From Candidatus Woodwardiibium gallinarum (GTDB lineage Bacteria; Bacillota; Clostridia; Oscillospirales; CAG-382): a DNA stretch of 64,000 nt. This document shows positions 52,527 through 61,048 of this stretch, piece by piece. Position numbers and translations under genes: made by a program. Numbering within the stretch: position 1 is the first letter of the stretch; the number at the start of each line of letters is the position of its first letter. Location: assembly GCA_904419545.1 (NCBI GenBank), contig CAJFRY010000006.1, forward strand, positions 26,609 through 90,608, in the 5' to 3' direction. Below the pieces are notes generated by a model, which had not been told where the DNA came from, ran no database searches, and worked only from the letters and a program-made list of their open reading frames with translations.

Positions 52527-52848
52527 AAATAAGCTGTTCATCAAAAACGGGGACGGATTCCGGCAGAACTACTACTTTATTGAAAAGCAAGAACGGAAGC
52601 AATTGGAACAGCTTGCATATGCCTTTTATCCGCAGGCAAACAGGTACTTTGATAAGGCATATCGGCAGATATTCAATGCATACAAAACGATGGTTCCGAA
52701 GCGTCTGCATTGGCAGATGGGAAATTTTTTGTCCAATTTCCTCGGGCATTTCATCACCTGCTCGCTCTACGAAGGCATCCGAAACCATATCCTATCCGAA
52801 CCGGATGAAGCCAACAGGGAGTGGCTGAGCCTCTTCGCGTCCGAATAA
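52387..52848 (+). CDS. hypothetical protein
   Basis: 153 aa. The ATG follows tandem in-frame stops TGA TAA immediately. Composition is coding-like. Confidence 0.45.
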   Translation: MSAILDSSVFFDMPDGVFALCREIIKGNLSPHRLSEEQKFLFSKALENKLFIKNGDGFRQNYYFIEKQERKQLEQLAYAFYPQANRYFDKAYRQIFNAYKTMVPKRLHWQMGNFLSNFLGHFITCSLYEGIRNHILSEPDEANREWLSLFASE

Positions 52849-52982
52849 CACGTGCATCTGTACGGCAGTGAAAAGCTGCGGACTGTCCCGTATAATGAAC
52901 GGCTTCTTTCCCGAAATTATAAAATGGTGGTCGGATGCGGCTGCACCGTACAGGAAAACAGATATTGGATTTTAACAGCAAG

Positions 52983-53011
52983 AGCCCCGTGCAGAAGCGC
53001 GGGGCTTTTTT
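52983..53011 (+). terminator. rho-independent terminator at the islet boundary
   Basis: GCCCCG-tgcagaag-CGCGGGGC followed by TTTTTT. Confidence 0.75.
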
Positions 53012-53260
53012 GCGCTGCGCATCGCGCGGCAGGGAGCCTTTCTGCTCAGAACGCGTCTCCCGTATATGTTCCTGTACGGCAAATTGCAAAAATCTGCGCC
53101 AAAGGGATTGATATATTCATAGAATTAAGGTATACTTTTCCCTAAGAAACAACGCGCATTCCGCCGTATTCACCGGATCGGTGACGAAAACGCGGCGAAG
53201 GAAGGCAGACGGTTTGCTCTGCAAGAAAAATCAAAAGACAGGAAACGGAGTGGATACGCA

Positions 53261-55843
53261 ATGCAAATACTGGTAATCGGCGGTGTTGCGGCAGGGACAA
53301 AAGCCGCCGCGAAGCTCAAGCGGGAGGACAGGGGTCTGGAAGTGACCCTGATCACGAAGGATCAGGACATCTCCTATGCGGGCTGCGGACTTCCCTATTA
53401 TGTCGGCGGCCTGATCGAGAGCCGGGACGCGCTCATTGTCAACACGCCCGAAAAGTACGCCGCCCTGACCGGCGTCCGTGTGCTGACCGGCCGGGAAGCC
53501 ATAGAGCTGAACAGCGCGGAAAAAACAGTGAAGGCCAAAAACCTGCTCTCCGGCGAAACAGAATCCTACCGCTACGACCGTCTGGTGATTGCCACCGGCG
53601 CGTCCGCCGTGGTTCCGCCGCTCGAAGGGGTGGAGCTGAAGGGCGTCTTCAAAATGCGGACGCCCGACGACGCCATCCGCATACGAGCCTACATCGAAGC
53701 CGCAAACGTGAAAAAAGCCGTCGTAGTCGGCGGCAGCTTCATCGGCCTGGAGGCAGCGGAGAACCTGCACGCGCAGGGCGTAGAGGTGACCGTAATCGAC
53801 TTTGCCTCCCAGCTCCTGCCCAACGTTTTGGATCCGGAAATGGCCGACTACGCCAAGCGGCACCTGCAAAAGCAGGGCATCCGCGTCCTGACCGGCACCA
53901 AAGCGGAAAAGCTGCTCGGCGACGGCCGGGTAACGGCGGTCAGGACCGATACCGCCGCCCTGCCGGCCGAGCTGGTCGTACTGTCGGCAGGCATCCGGCC
54001 CAACACGGCATTTCTGGCGGACAGCGGAATGGAAATGTACAAGGGGACCATCCTCGTAGACGAACGGCTTCGTACCAACCTGCCTGACGTATATGCCGCA
54101 GGCGACTGCGTCATGGTGACCAACCGCATCACCGGACGGCGGCAGTGGTCGCCGATGGGCTCCTCCGCCAATCTGGAGGGACGCACACTGGCGCAGATCC
54201 TGACCGGGCAGGACAAGACATATCCCGGCGTCCTGGGCACCGGCGTTGTCAAGCTGCCCGGCCTGAACTGCGGCCGCACGGGCCTTACCGAGCTGCAGGC
54301 CAAGGAAGCAGGATACGACGTGGTGACTGCGCTGGCCGTCACCGATGACAAGGCGCACTATTATCCGGACGCGGCATTTTTCATCACCAAGCTGATTGCC
54401 GACCGCAGGACGCACAAGCTGCTCGGGGTACAGGTCTTCGGCCCGGGCGCGGTGGACAAAATGGTAGACATCGCCGTCATGGCCATCAATATGGGGGCCG
54501 TTTTAGAGGATTTTGAAAACGCCGACTTCGCCTACGCGCCGCCGTTTTCCACGGCAATTCATCCGCTGGTTCAGGCGGTATACATCCTGCTGAATAAGCT
54601 GAACGGCACTCTGGTGAGCATGACGCCGGCCGAATATGCAGCGGGCGCCGCAGAAGGCTACAGGGTCATCGATGCGGCGCCGGCACCGTCCATTCGGGGC
54701 GCAACGTTCGTGGATCCGGCATCGGTGAACGGCGAAATCCCGGGCATCGGCAAAGAAGAAAAGCTCCTGCTGGTTTGCGTCCGGGGCAAACGCGCCTATT
54801 TCCTGCAAAATCGGCTCCGGTATTTCGGCTATAAGGACACCGTTGTGCTGGAAGGCGCTACATTCTTCAACGAAGTCAGGGTCAAAGACGCGCAGAGCGC
54901 TGTTTCGCCCGAGGAAAAGACCCGGGTGAAGGGGTTGGGCTTCCTGTTTGACAAACGTTCGCAGGACCGCTTCAATGCGCGTGTCATCACCCGCAACGGA
55001 AAGATTACCGCCGAGGAAAGCAAAGCAATTGCCGAGGCAGCGGAACGGTTCGGCAGCGGTGAGATCGCTATGACCTCGCGCCTGACGGTGGAAATCCAGA
55101 GCGTGCCCTTCGACAACATTGAGCCGCTGCGGGAATTCCTCGCGCAGTACGGTCTGGAAACCGGCGGTACCGGCTCCAAGGTACGCCCGATTGTTTCCTG
55201 CAAGGGCACGACCTGCCAATTCGGACTGATCGACACCTTCGCTTTGTCGGAGGAGATTCACGAGCGCTTCTATCATGGCTACCGCGACGTGAAGCTGCCG
55301 CATAAGTTCAAGATCGCAGTCGGCGGATGTCCCAACAACTGCGTCAAGCCCGACCTGAACGACGTAGGCATCATCGGCCAGCGGGTGCCGCTGCTTGACC
55401 TTGAAAAATGCCGCGCCTGCAAGATATGTCAGGTGGAAAAGAGCTGTCCGATCCATGTGGTGCATATGAAGGACGGCAAGCCGGTCATCGACGAGGCCGC
55501 CTGCAACCACTGCGGCCGCTGCATAAGCAAATGTCCTTTCCAGGCAATCCGTTATGCGCAGGACGGCTACCGGATCTATATCGGCGGCCGCTGGGGCAAA
55601 AAGGTCGCACAGGGCAAGTATTTAAACAAGGTCTTTACCGACAAGGACGAAGTGCTGGACGTGCTGGAAAAAGCGATTCTCCTGTTCCGCGAGCAGGGCA
55701 TCACCGGCGAACGGTTTGCGGACACGGTCGCACGGCTGGGCTTTGATAACGTTCAGGAGCAGCTTCTTTCCGATCAGCTTCTGGAACGGAAGCGGGAGAA
55801 CCTTTCCGCGCAGAAGCATATGAAGGGCGGAGCGACTTGCTGA
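53261..55843 (+). CDS. three-module fusion: CoA-disulfide reductase/NADH oxidase-like flavoprotein + rhodanese + siroheme-type sulfite/nitrite reductase beta-domain with 2x[4Fe-4S] ferredoxin insert
   Basis: 860 aa. FAD GxGxxG (VIGGVAAGTKAA), redox Cys SYAGCGLPYYVGG, and NAD site VVVGGSFIGLE. The rhodanese active site is CVRGKR (residues ~505-510). SiR cluster/siroheme cysteines are CKGTTCQ and GGCPNNC. Ferredoxin motifs are CRACKICQVEKSCP and CNHCGRCISKCP. Confidence 0.8.
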   Translation: MQILVIGGVAAGTKAAAKLKREDRGLEVTLITKDQDISYAGCGLPYYVGGLIESRDALIVNTPEKYAALTGVRVLTGREAIELNSAEKTVKAKNLLSGETESYRYDRLVIATGASAVVPPLEGVELKGVFKMRTPDDAIRIRAYIEAANVKKAVVVGGSFIGLEAAENLHAQGVEVTVIDFASQLLPNVLDPEMADYAKRHLQKQGIRVLTGTKAEKLLGDGRVTAVRTDTAALPAELVVLSAGIRPNTAFLADSGMEMYKGTILVDERLRTNLPDVYAAGDCVMVTNRITGRRQWSPMGSSANLEGRTLAQILTGQDKTYPGVLGTGVVKLPGLNCGRTGLTELQAKEAGYDVVTALAVTDDKAHYYPDAAFFITKLIADRRTHKLLGVQVFGPGAVDKMVDIAVMAINMGAVLEDFENADFAYAPPFSTAIHPLVQAVYILLNKLNGTLVSMTPAEYAAGAAEGYRVIDAAPAPSIRGATFVDPASVNGEIPGIGKEEKLLLVCVRGKRAYFLQNRLRYFGYKDTVVLEGATFFNEVRVKDAQSAVSPEEKTRVKGLGFLFDKRSQDRFNARVITRNGKITAEESKAIAEAAERFGSGEIAMTSRLTVEIQSVPFDNIEPLREFLAQYGLETGGTGSKVRPIVSCKGTTCQFGLIDTFALSEEIHERFYHGYRDVKLPHKFKIAVGGCPNNCVKPDLNDVGIIGQRVPLLDLEKCRACKICQVEKSCPIHVVHMKDGKPVIDEAACNHCGRCISKCPFQAIRYAQDGYRIYIGGRWGKKVAQGKYLNKVFTDKDEVLDVLEKAILLFREQGITGERFADTVARLGFDNVQEQLLSDQLLERKRENLSAQKHMKGGATC

Positions 55844-56820
55844 AACGATGGACGGCATTCCTGCTCGCCGCAGCTCTGGCGGTTTCTCTTGCCGCCTGCC
55901 GGAGCGGGCAGGAAGCGGACGAAACGCAACCCTCTCAAGCGCCCGCCGACGCGGGCTGGGGCGAATATACGTTTTCGGACGCCTCCGGCGCTGCGGTTAC
56001 GCTGACCGAACGGCCCGAACGGGTGGCAGTGCTGTTTTCCTCCTTTGCCGACATATGGCTGACCGCCGGCGGCCGGGTGGACATCACCGTCGGGGAAAGC
56101 GTAGAGCGGGGCTTCGTACCGGAGGGAACGCTTCTTGTGGACGACGGCGCGGGAAAAACGATCAACCGGGAACTTCTTCTTTCCTACGCGCCGGACTTCG
56201 TCATCTGCTCGGCAGATCTGGAGGAACAGGTTCAGACGGCGGCGTTCCTGCGGCAGCAGGGTATTCCGGCAGCGGTGTTCCATGTCGAAAGCTTTCAGGA
56301 GTATCTGAATATGCTGAAAATCTGCACGGACATCACCGGAGACCAAGGCGCCTACGAAACCTACGGCACGCAGGTTCAGGCGGAGATCCGCGACGTCCTG
56401 ACATCGGTGCCGGAAGCAGAGAAGGACGGTCAAAAGCGGATCCTGTTTGTCCGGGCGGGCTCCAAATACAGCGCCACCAAGGCCAAGACCGCCGAGAACA
56501 ATTTCGTATGCGTGATGCTCAACGAGCTGGGCACCTACAACATCGCGGAGAACGCGCCGGTGCTGCTGGACGGTCTGAGTCTGGAGGAAATCCTGTTGGA
56601 AAACCCCGACTTTATCTTTATTTCCACTATGGGAGATGAAGCGGCCGCAAAAGCCTATATGGACGGCGTACTCCGCGAGGATGCCTGGCAGCATCTGGAC
56701 GCAGTACGGGACGGACGGTACGCCTATCTGCCGAAGGAACTGTTCCAGTTCAAGCCGAACAAGCGCTGGAGCGAAGCATACCGCTATCTGGCAGGCCTGC
56801 TGTACCCCGGGGAGAACTGA
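55837..56820 (+). CDS. ABC transporter substrate-binding lipoprotein (FecB/BtuF-type, iron-chelate/corrinoid class)
   Basis: The TTG start overlaps the upstream stop by 7 nt. Signal peptide with lipobox LAAC. The cluster-A SBP pattern (PERVAVLFSSFADIW...PDFVICS) is present. Confidence 0.8.
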   Translation: MLKRWTAFLLAAALAVSLAACRSGQEADETQPSQAPADAGWGEYTFSDASGAAVTLTERPERVAVLFSSFADIWLTAGGRVDITVGESVERGFVPEGTLLVDDGAGKTINRELLLSYAPDFVICSADLEEQVQTAAFLRQQGIPAAVFHVESFQEYLNMLKICTDITGDQGAYETYGTQVQAEIRDVLTSVPEAEKDGQKRILFVRAGSKYSATKAKTAENNFVCVMLNELGTYNIAENAPVLLDGLSLEEILLENPDFIFISTMGDEAAAKAYMDGVLREDAWQHLDAVRDGRYAYLPKELFQFKPNKRWSEAYRYLAGLLYPGEN

Positions 56821-56826
56821 AACCAT

Positions 56827-57846
56827 ATGGAAAAAGGAACAGAAACAAAAAACCGTTACTTTTGCAGAACCAAAGCCGGTTGGCTGACGCTCATTCTGCT
56901 GCTTTTGTGCGTCGTGCTGCTCTCCCTGCGGTTTGGAAGCGCGGCAATGGACGGGCAGGCCTTTTGGGGCGGACTGCTTCGGCAGGAGGGCTTCGAGACA
57001 CAGTCGCTGATCCTGTATTCCCTGCGGCTCCCGAGATTGCTGCAGGGAATTCTGGCCGGCGTCGGGCTTTCCGTCTCCGGCGTCCTGCTGCAAAGCGTAA
57101 CCGGCAACGATCTGGCCAGTCCAAGCATCATCGGCGTCAATGCCGGCGCAGGCTTTGCGGTGATCCTGCTTTTAAGCTTTTTCCCGCACGCCGCTGCAGG
57201 ACTGCCGCCGGCTGCTTTTCTGGGCGCCTTCCTGACGACGCTGCTGATCATGGCGATCGCCGGCCGGATGGATGCCTCAAAGGCCACCGTCATTCTGGCA
57301 GGGATCGCCGTGCAGGCGCTTCTGAATGCGGGGATTTCCTTCCTTTCTCTGCTGGACACCGATGTGCTCGTGTCTTATAGCTACTTCTCCGTAGGCGGGC
57401 TGTCTAATACCGATATCCGCCTGCTTTGGCTCCCGGGCGGGATCATCCTGCTGGGGTTCGCTGCGGCGCTGGCCTTCTCCGGACAGATCCGGCTCCTGTG
57501 CCTGGGAGACGGTATGGCGCTCTCGCTGGGCGTCCGGGTCAAACGGGTGCGGATGCTTTGTCTGGTGTGTGCCAGCGCCTGTGCGGCGGCTGTCGTAAGC
57601 TTTGCCGGGCTGCTTGGGTTCGTCGGGCTGATCGTACCGCACATTTCCCGCAGGCTGGCAGGCACGAAAACGGGGCCGCTGCTCGCAGTTTCCGCAATGA
57701 CGGGCAGCATTCTGGTTCTGACGGCAGACCTGCTGGGAAGAGTGGTCTTTGCGCCGTCGGAGGTACCGGTGGGCATCGTGATGGCCTTCATCGGCGCGCC
57801 GTTTTTCTTTTTTCTGCTGCTGCGAAGGAGGAAAACGTCATGCTGA
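56827..57846 (+). CDS. FecCD-family ABC transporter permease
   Basis: 339 aa, about 9-10 TM helices. LRLPRLLQGILAGVGLSVSGVLLQSVTGN is a typical FecCD motif. Confidence 0.9.
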   Translation: MEKGTETKNRYFCRTKAGWLTLILLLLCVVLLSLRFGSAAMDGQAFWGGLLRQEGFETQSLILYSLRLPRLLQGILAGVGLSVSGVLLQSVTGNDLASPSIIGVNAGAGFAVILLLSFFPHAAAGLPPAAFLGAFLTTLLIMAIAGRMDASKATVILAGIAVQALLNAGISFLSLLDTDVLVSYSYFSVGGLSNTDIRLLWLPGGIILLGFAAALAFSGQIRLLCLGDGMALSLGVRVKRVRMLCLVCASACAAAVVSFAGLLGFVGLIVPHISRRLAGTKTGPLLAVSAMTGSILVLTADLLGRVVFAPSEVPVGIVMAFIGAPFFFFLLLRRRKTSC

Positions 57847-58604
57847 GCTTTCATCAGGTATGCGCCGGATACGGAAAAACGTTGGTGCTCGACCGCATCG
57901 ATTTCTCGCTTGCGCCGCACGCGATGACGGCCGTGGTGGGCAGGAACGGCAGCGGCAAATCCACGCTGGTTTCCTGCGTCAACCGAAAGCTCCCGTACAC
58001 CGGGGAGATCTCCTTCTCCGGCCGCAGTCTGGCGTCGATGACGCCACGGGAGCAGGCAAAGCGGATCGCCATCCTGCCGCAGACGCTTCCTTCACCTGCG
58101 GTCACCGTGGAGGAACTGGCGGCTTTCGGGCGGAGTCCCTATCTGGATTTCGGCAAACGGTTGTCTCCGAAGGACAAGCAGCTTGTTCGTGAAGCTCTGG
58201 AGACGGTCGGGATCGCCGGCCTGCGGCACAAGCTGCTCACCGAGCTTTCGGGCGGCGAGCGCCAAAAGGCGTATCTGGCTATGATGCTGGCGCAGGATAC
58301 AGATGTTTTACTTCTGGACGAGCCGACCACGTATATGGATATACAATACGAATCCGCTTTCTTCCGGCTTCTGGAACGGTTGAAGACCGAAAAGGGAATC
58401 ACGCTGCTCGTCATCCTGCATAATCTCTCGCAGGCGGTGCGGTATGCCGACCGCATCGTCGTGCTGGACGGAGGCCGTGTCTGTTATCAGGGAGATGCAC
58501 AGTCCTGTGCAGACAGCGGCGTTCTCGAATCGGTGTTCCATGTCAAGCGGCATTCGGTCGTCGAAAACGGCAGACGGTTGGATTTTTATACCGCCGGAGA
58601 ATGA
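57840..58604 (+). CDS. ABC transporter ATP-binding protein (FepC/FecE-type)
   Basis: MLSFHQVCAGYG..., Walker A GRNGSGKST, signature LSGGERQK, and Walker B LLLDEPTTYMD. There is an ATGCTGA overlap with the permease stop. The ORF-track start at 57426 was rejected. Confidence 0.9.
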   Translation: MLSFHQVCAGYGKTLVLDRIDFSLAPHAMTAVVGRNGSGKSTLVSCVNRKLPYTGEISFSGRSLASMTPREQAKRIAILPQTLPSPAVTVEELAAFGRSPYLDFGKRLSPKDKQLVREALETVGIAGLRHKLLTELSGGERQKAYLAMMLAQDTDVLLLDEPTTYMDIQYESAFFRLLERLKTEKGITLLVILHNLSQAVRYADRIVVLDGGRVCYQGDAQSCADSGVLESVFHVKRHSVVENGRRLDFYTAGE

Positions 58605-58680
58605 GACGCCCCGTCACGAGTGTATATAACGGAACGGCAGACAAGGCAGCCGTTGCAGCATTAAGCGGAGGGGATATCGT

Positions 58681-59187
58681 ATGGTCATGAGCGTCCGAAA
58701 AGCCGATTCGCCGGGCGCGGCTGTTCTTCTGACGGTGCTCGGCATCGTTATGGGAATCGTTTTTACCTCCAACGCACTGTTTTTGATTACAGACGTCGAA
58801 CGCAGCGAATGCGCAGCAGTCGAAACACGGCTCCTTTCCAACAGCAGAAAACAAAACACTTCTTCCCGAACCCGAATCAGACTCGACTGTGCAGACGGGC
58901 AAAGGTATTTCATCAACGCTTCATGCGCAACGGAAGCGCTGTGGGAGTCTTTGTGCGATCTGGAGCCGCAAACACGGATCAACCTGCTTATCCATCCGCA
59001 CAGCAGGCAGACGGTTGTCGAACTTGACGCCGGCGGCTCCGTTTTGCTCTCATTTGACGACTCGATGCGCAAACTGGAAAAGGAAGGACAAGGCTTTCTG
59101 CTCCTCAGTGCCCTTATGTACGGATGCGCCGTCCCTGGCATTTGCCTGCTCATCCGATATGGCATACGCAGGTCGAACGTGCGCTGA
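58681..59187 (+). CDS. hypothetical membrane protein (TM helices at both ends)
   Basis: 168 aa with coding-like composition. No recognisable family. Confidence 0.45.
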   Translation: MVMSVRKADSPGAAVLLTVLGIVMGIVFTSNALFLITDVERSECAAVETRLLSNSRKQNTSSRTRIRLDCADGQRYFINASCATEALWESLCDLEPQTRINLLIHPHSRQTVVELDAGGSVLLSFDDSMRKLEKEGQGFLLLSALMYGCAVPGICLLIRYGIRRSNVR

Positions 59188-59326
59188 AGCCGCGTCACGC
59201 GCCGGAGCGGAGACTGCTCCAATGCGAAATAGGTCCGATACACATACTCTCCGGGCGCTTTCCAAGGCTGGCAGGAAACAAAACGCCTTCGGCGGCTTCG
59301 ATAACGATTCATATTGCGTCCCTTTC

Positions 59327-59361
59327 CCCTGCGGCACTGCCTCTGCCGCAGGGCGTTTTTT
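59327..59361 (+). terminator. rho-independent terminator
   Basis: CCCTGCGGCA-ctgcctc-TGCCGCAGGG, followed by cgTTTTTT. Confidence 0.8.
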
Positions 59362-59474
59362 CCGATTTTCTATTGACGGCCGGGCCCTCTTTATGCTACA
59401 CTTAAAGAAAAAAGCGGCCATCCGGCAGTGCTCCGCCACGGCCGCACATCAAAACAGAGGAGGACCTGCCTAAG

Positions 59475-60785
59475 ATGAAAAAAATCATTTTATCCGTATC
59501 CGTCATCCTCGCACTGCTCTTTTCCGGCTGCGCGCCCGTCGGAGACGATTCCTCCGCTGCACCCTCCGCCGCTCTTGAAAGCGCCGCTCCGGACAACACG
59601 CGCCCGACCATCCGCATTCAGACGACCGAAGTGGTCATCGGCGTCGGCGAAACGTATGACCTTCTGGACGGCGTCACGGGCAGCGACGACGTCGACGGCG
59701 ACATCACCGGCCGCATTGTAATCGAAAAAGGCGGCTATGATCCCGACATCGCCGGGAAATACACGGTCACCTACAACCTGACCGACAGCGCCGGCAATAC
59801 AGCCGCGCCGAAGCAAAGAACAATCCTTGTAAGGGAGACAAACGTTATGCAAAAACCTCCGATCCGGACAGGCGCCATTGACGGCGAAAAGAAAAACCCG
59901 CCCGCCCCCGCCGTATACGGCGGCGCGTGGTACCACAAGGTCGTGTCCTCAAAGGACAAGTGGGTAGGCATCGAGACGACGGTCACACTGCCCGAATTTG
60001 AAATCGAACGCTACGACGGCGCCTTTGATACGTCGCTTCCTGCCGACCCGTCGTTCAAGAATCTCGACAACCCCTCGGTATACCTCGGCGGCCACGCAGA
60101 GAACGAGTCCGACGTCGGCCTTTCGCTTTCCCGCGCGCTCATCGATGTGGAAAAACAGACGCTGAGCACGGGCAGCATTGCGTTCCGTCCGTTCTGGCGC
60201 TATATCACCGACGAGGAGCAGGACGTGGGCGGCTACGATGTCCACGACGGCGAGTATGCTGTCTCCGCAAACGGAAACAACTGCATCGCAAACTACCATT
60301 GGCGCTATACAGAGTACTACTATCTTCCCGGCGATACGCTTCGCATCCTTGTGTACAGTCCCGAACCGGACAAATTGCAGCTGATGATCGAGGTGGTCGA
60401 GGTCTCTGCGCTTCCCTCCTCCGTTGCAATGCGTGAAGCCTACGGCTGGAAGGCGCCGGCCAACTTTATCAGCCCGATTTTCCGCTCGCCGGGACACGGG
60501 ACCGACACCGACGCGGAGTTCAAGCGCGTCAACGCCATCGACCAGTCGAACAACGAGGGCAAAACGGCACTTCCCACCGATACCGAGGTCCGAAACGTGA
60601 TCTGGCACGAAACCTTTCTCTACCGCGAGATCGACGGAACGCTTTACCGCGTCCCGATGGACGAAAGCCGCCGCGGCGTAACCAGCGCGCCTGAGGAAGC
60701 GTACTTTACCGTCACCTTTGACGGCGTGGACAGCGCGCTTGGCGGCGAAGTTGTTTCCATCCACCCCGGATATACAAACGAATGA
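59475..60785 (+). CDS. lipoprotein with Ig-like (DUF5011/HYR-type) domain and large uncharacterised C-terminal domain
   Basis: Signal peptide with lipobox LFSGC. An Ig-like segment VVIGVGETYDLLDGVTGSDDVDGDITGRIVIEKGGYDPDIAGKYTVTYNLTDSAGN. RBS ggagga. Confidence 0.7.
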   Translation: MKKIILSVSVILALLFSGCAPVGDDSSAAPSAALESAAPDNTRPTIRIQTTEVVIGVGETYDLLDGVTGSDDVDGDITGRIVIEKGGYDPDIAGKYTVTYNLTDSAGNTAAPKQRTILVRETNVMQKPPIRTGAIDGEKKNPPAPAVYGGAWYHKVVSSKDKWVGIETTVTLPEFEIERYDGAFDTSLPADPSFKNLDNPSVYLGGHAENESDVGLSLSRALIDVEKQTLSTGSIAFRPFWRYITDEEQDVGGYDVHDGEYAVSANGNNCIANYHWRYTEYYYLPGDTLRILVYSPEPDKLQLMIEVVEVSALPSSVAMREAYGWKAPANFISPIFRSPGHGTDTDAEFKRVNAIDQSNNEGKTALPTDTEVRNVIWHETFLYREIDGTLYRVPMDESRRGVTSAPEEAYFTVTFDGVDSALGGEVVSIHPGYTNE

Positions 60786-60891
60786 GCCTTGCCCTGCGGC
60801 GGCCGATAGGGCCGCTCCAGTCCGTACGCCCATGTTTCAACACGGTTCCGCACCGAAGAACGAACAGCAATTCTATGTTTTGGGATAATAA

Positions 60892-60998
60892 TACGATTTC
60901 TTGACAAAACGGTTTGAAGCCGTTTTGTCAACTGCGGCAAATGCTGCCGCTTGCAAATCCAAAAGATTTGCAGGAAATAAATATTGTACGGCATATTC
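60892..60998 (+). repeat. three-hairpin intergenic element, copy b
   Basis: P1 TTGACAAAACGG-tttgaag-CCGTTTTGTCAA. P2 GCGGCA-aatgc-TGCCGC. P3 CTTGCAAATC-caaaa-GATTTGCAGG (one U-G pair). Then AAATAAATATTGTACGGCATATTC. Confidence 0.75.
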
Positions 60999-61048
60999 AC
61001 CGGCTTCGACCAGGGCGTCATTCGAATGAATCCGGAGGTGCAAATTGG

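Larger units (their letters stand above)
51115..53011 (+). mobile_element. low-GC islet adjacent to tRNA-Leu; probable remnant of an integrated element (no integrase or att repeat seen)
   Basis: GC drops sharply right after the tRNA. There are four small co-directional ORFs of mobile-element flavour and several terminator hairpins. GC returns to backbone level near 53.0 kb. Confidence 0.35.

Noticed and set aside
52852-53145. A 97-aa ORF at the islet boundary.
   Set aside because: It reads straight through a strong intrinsic terminator (52983-53011), has no RBS, and has an odd composition.
51115-53160. attL/attR direct repeat of the tRNA-Leu 3' end delimiting the islet.
   Set aside because: I searched visually for GGTTCAAGTCCCATCAGTCGCACCA-like segments downstream and found none. 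The nearest, ggacttgaaccca at about 51243, is not convincing. The islet boundaries therefore rest on composition only.
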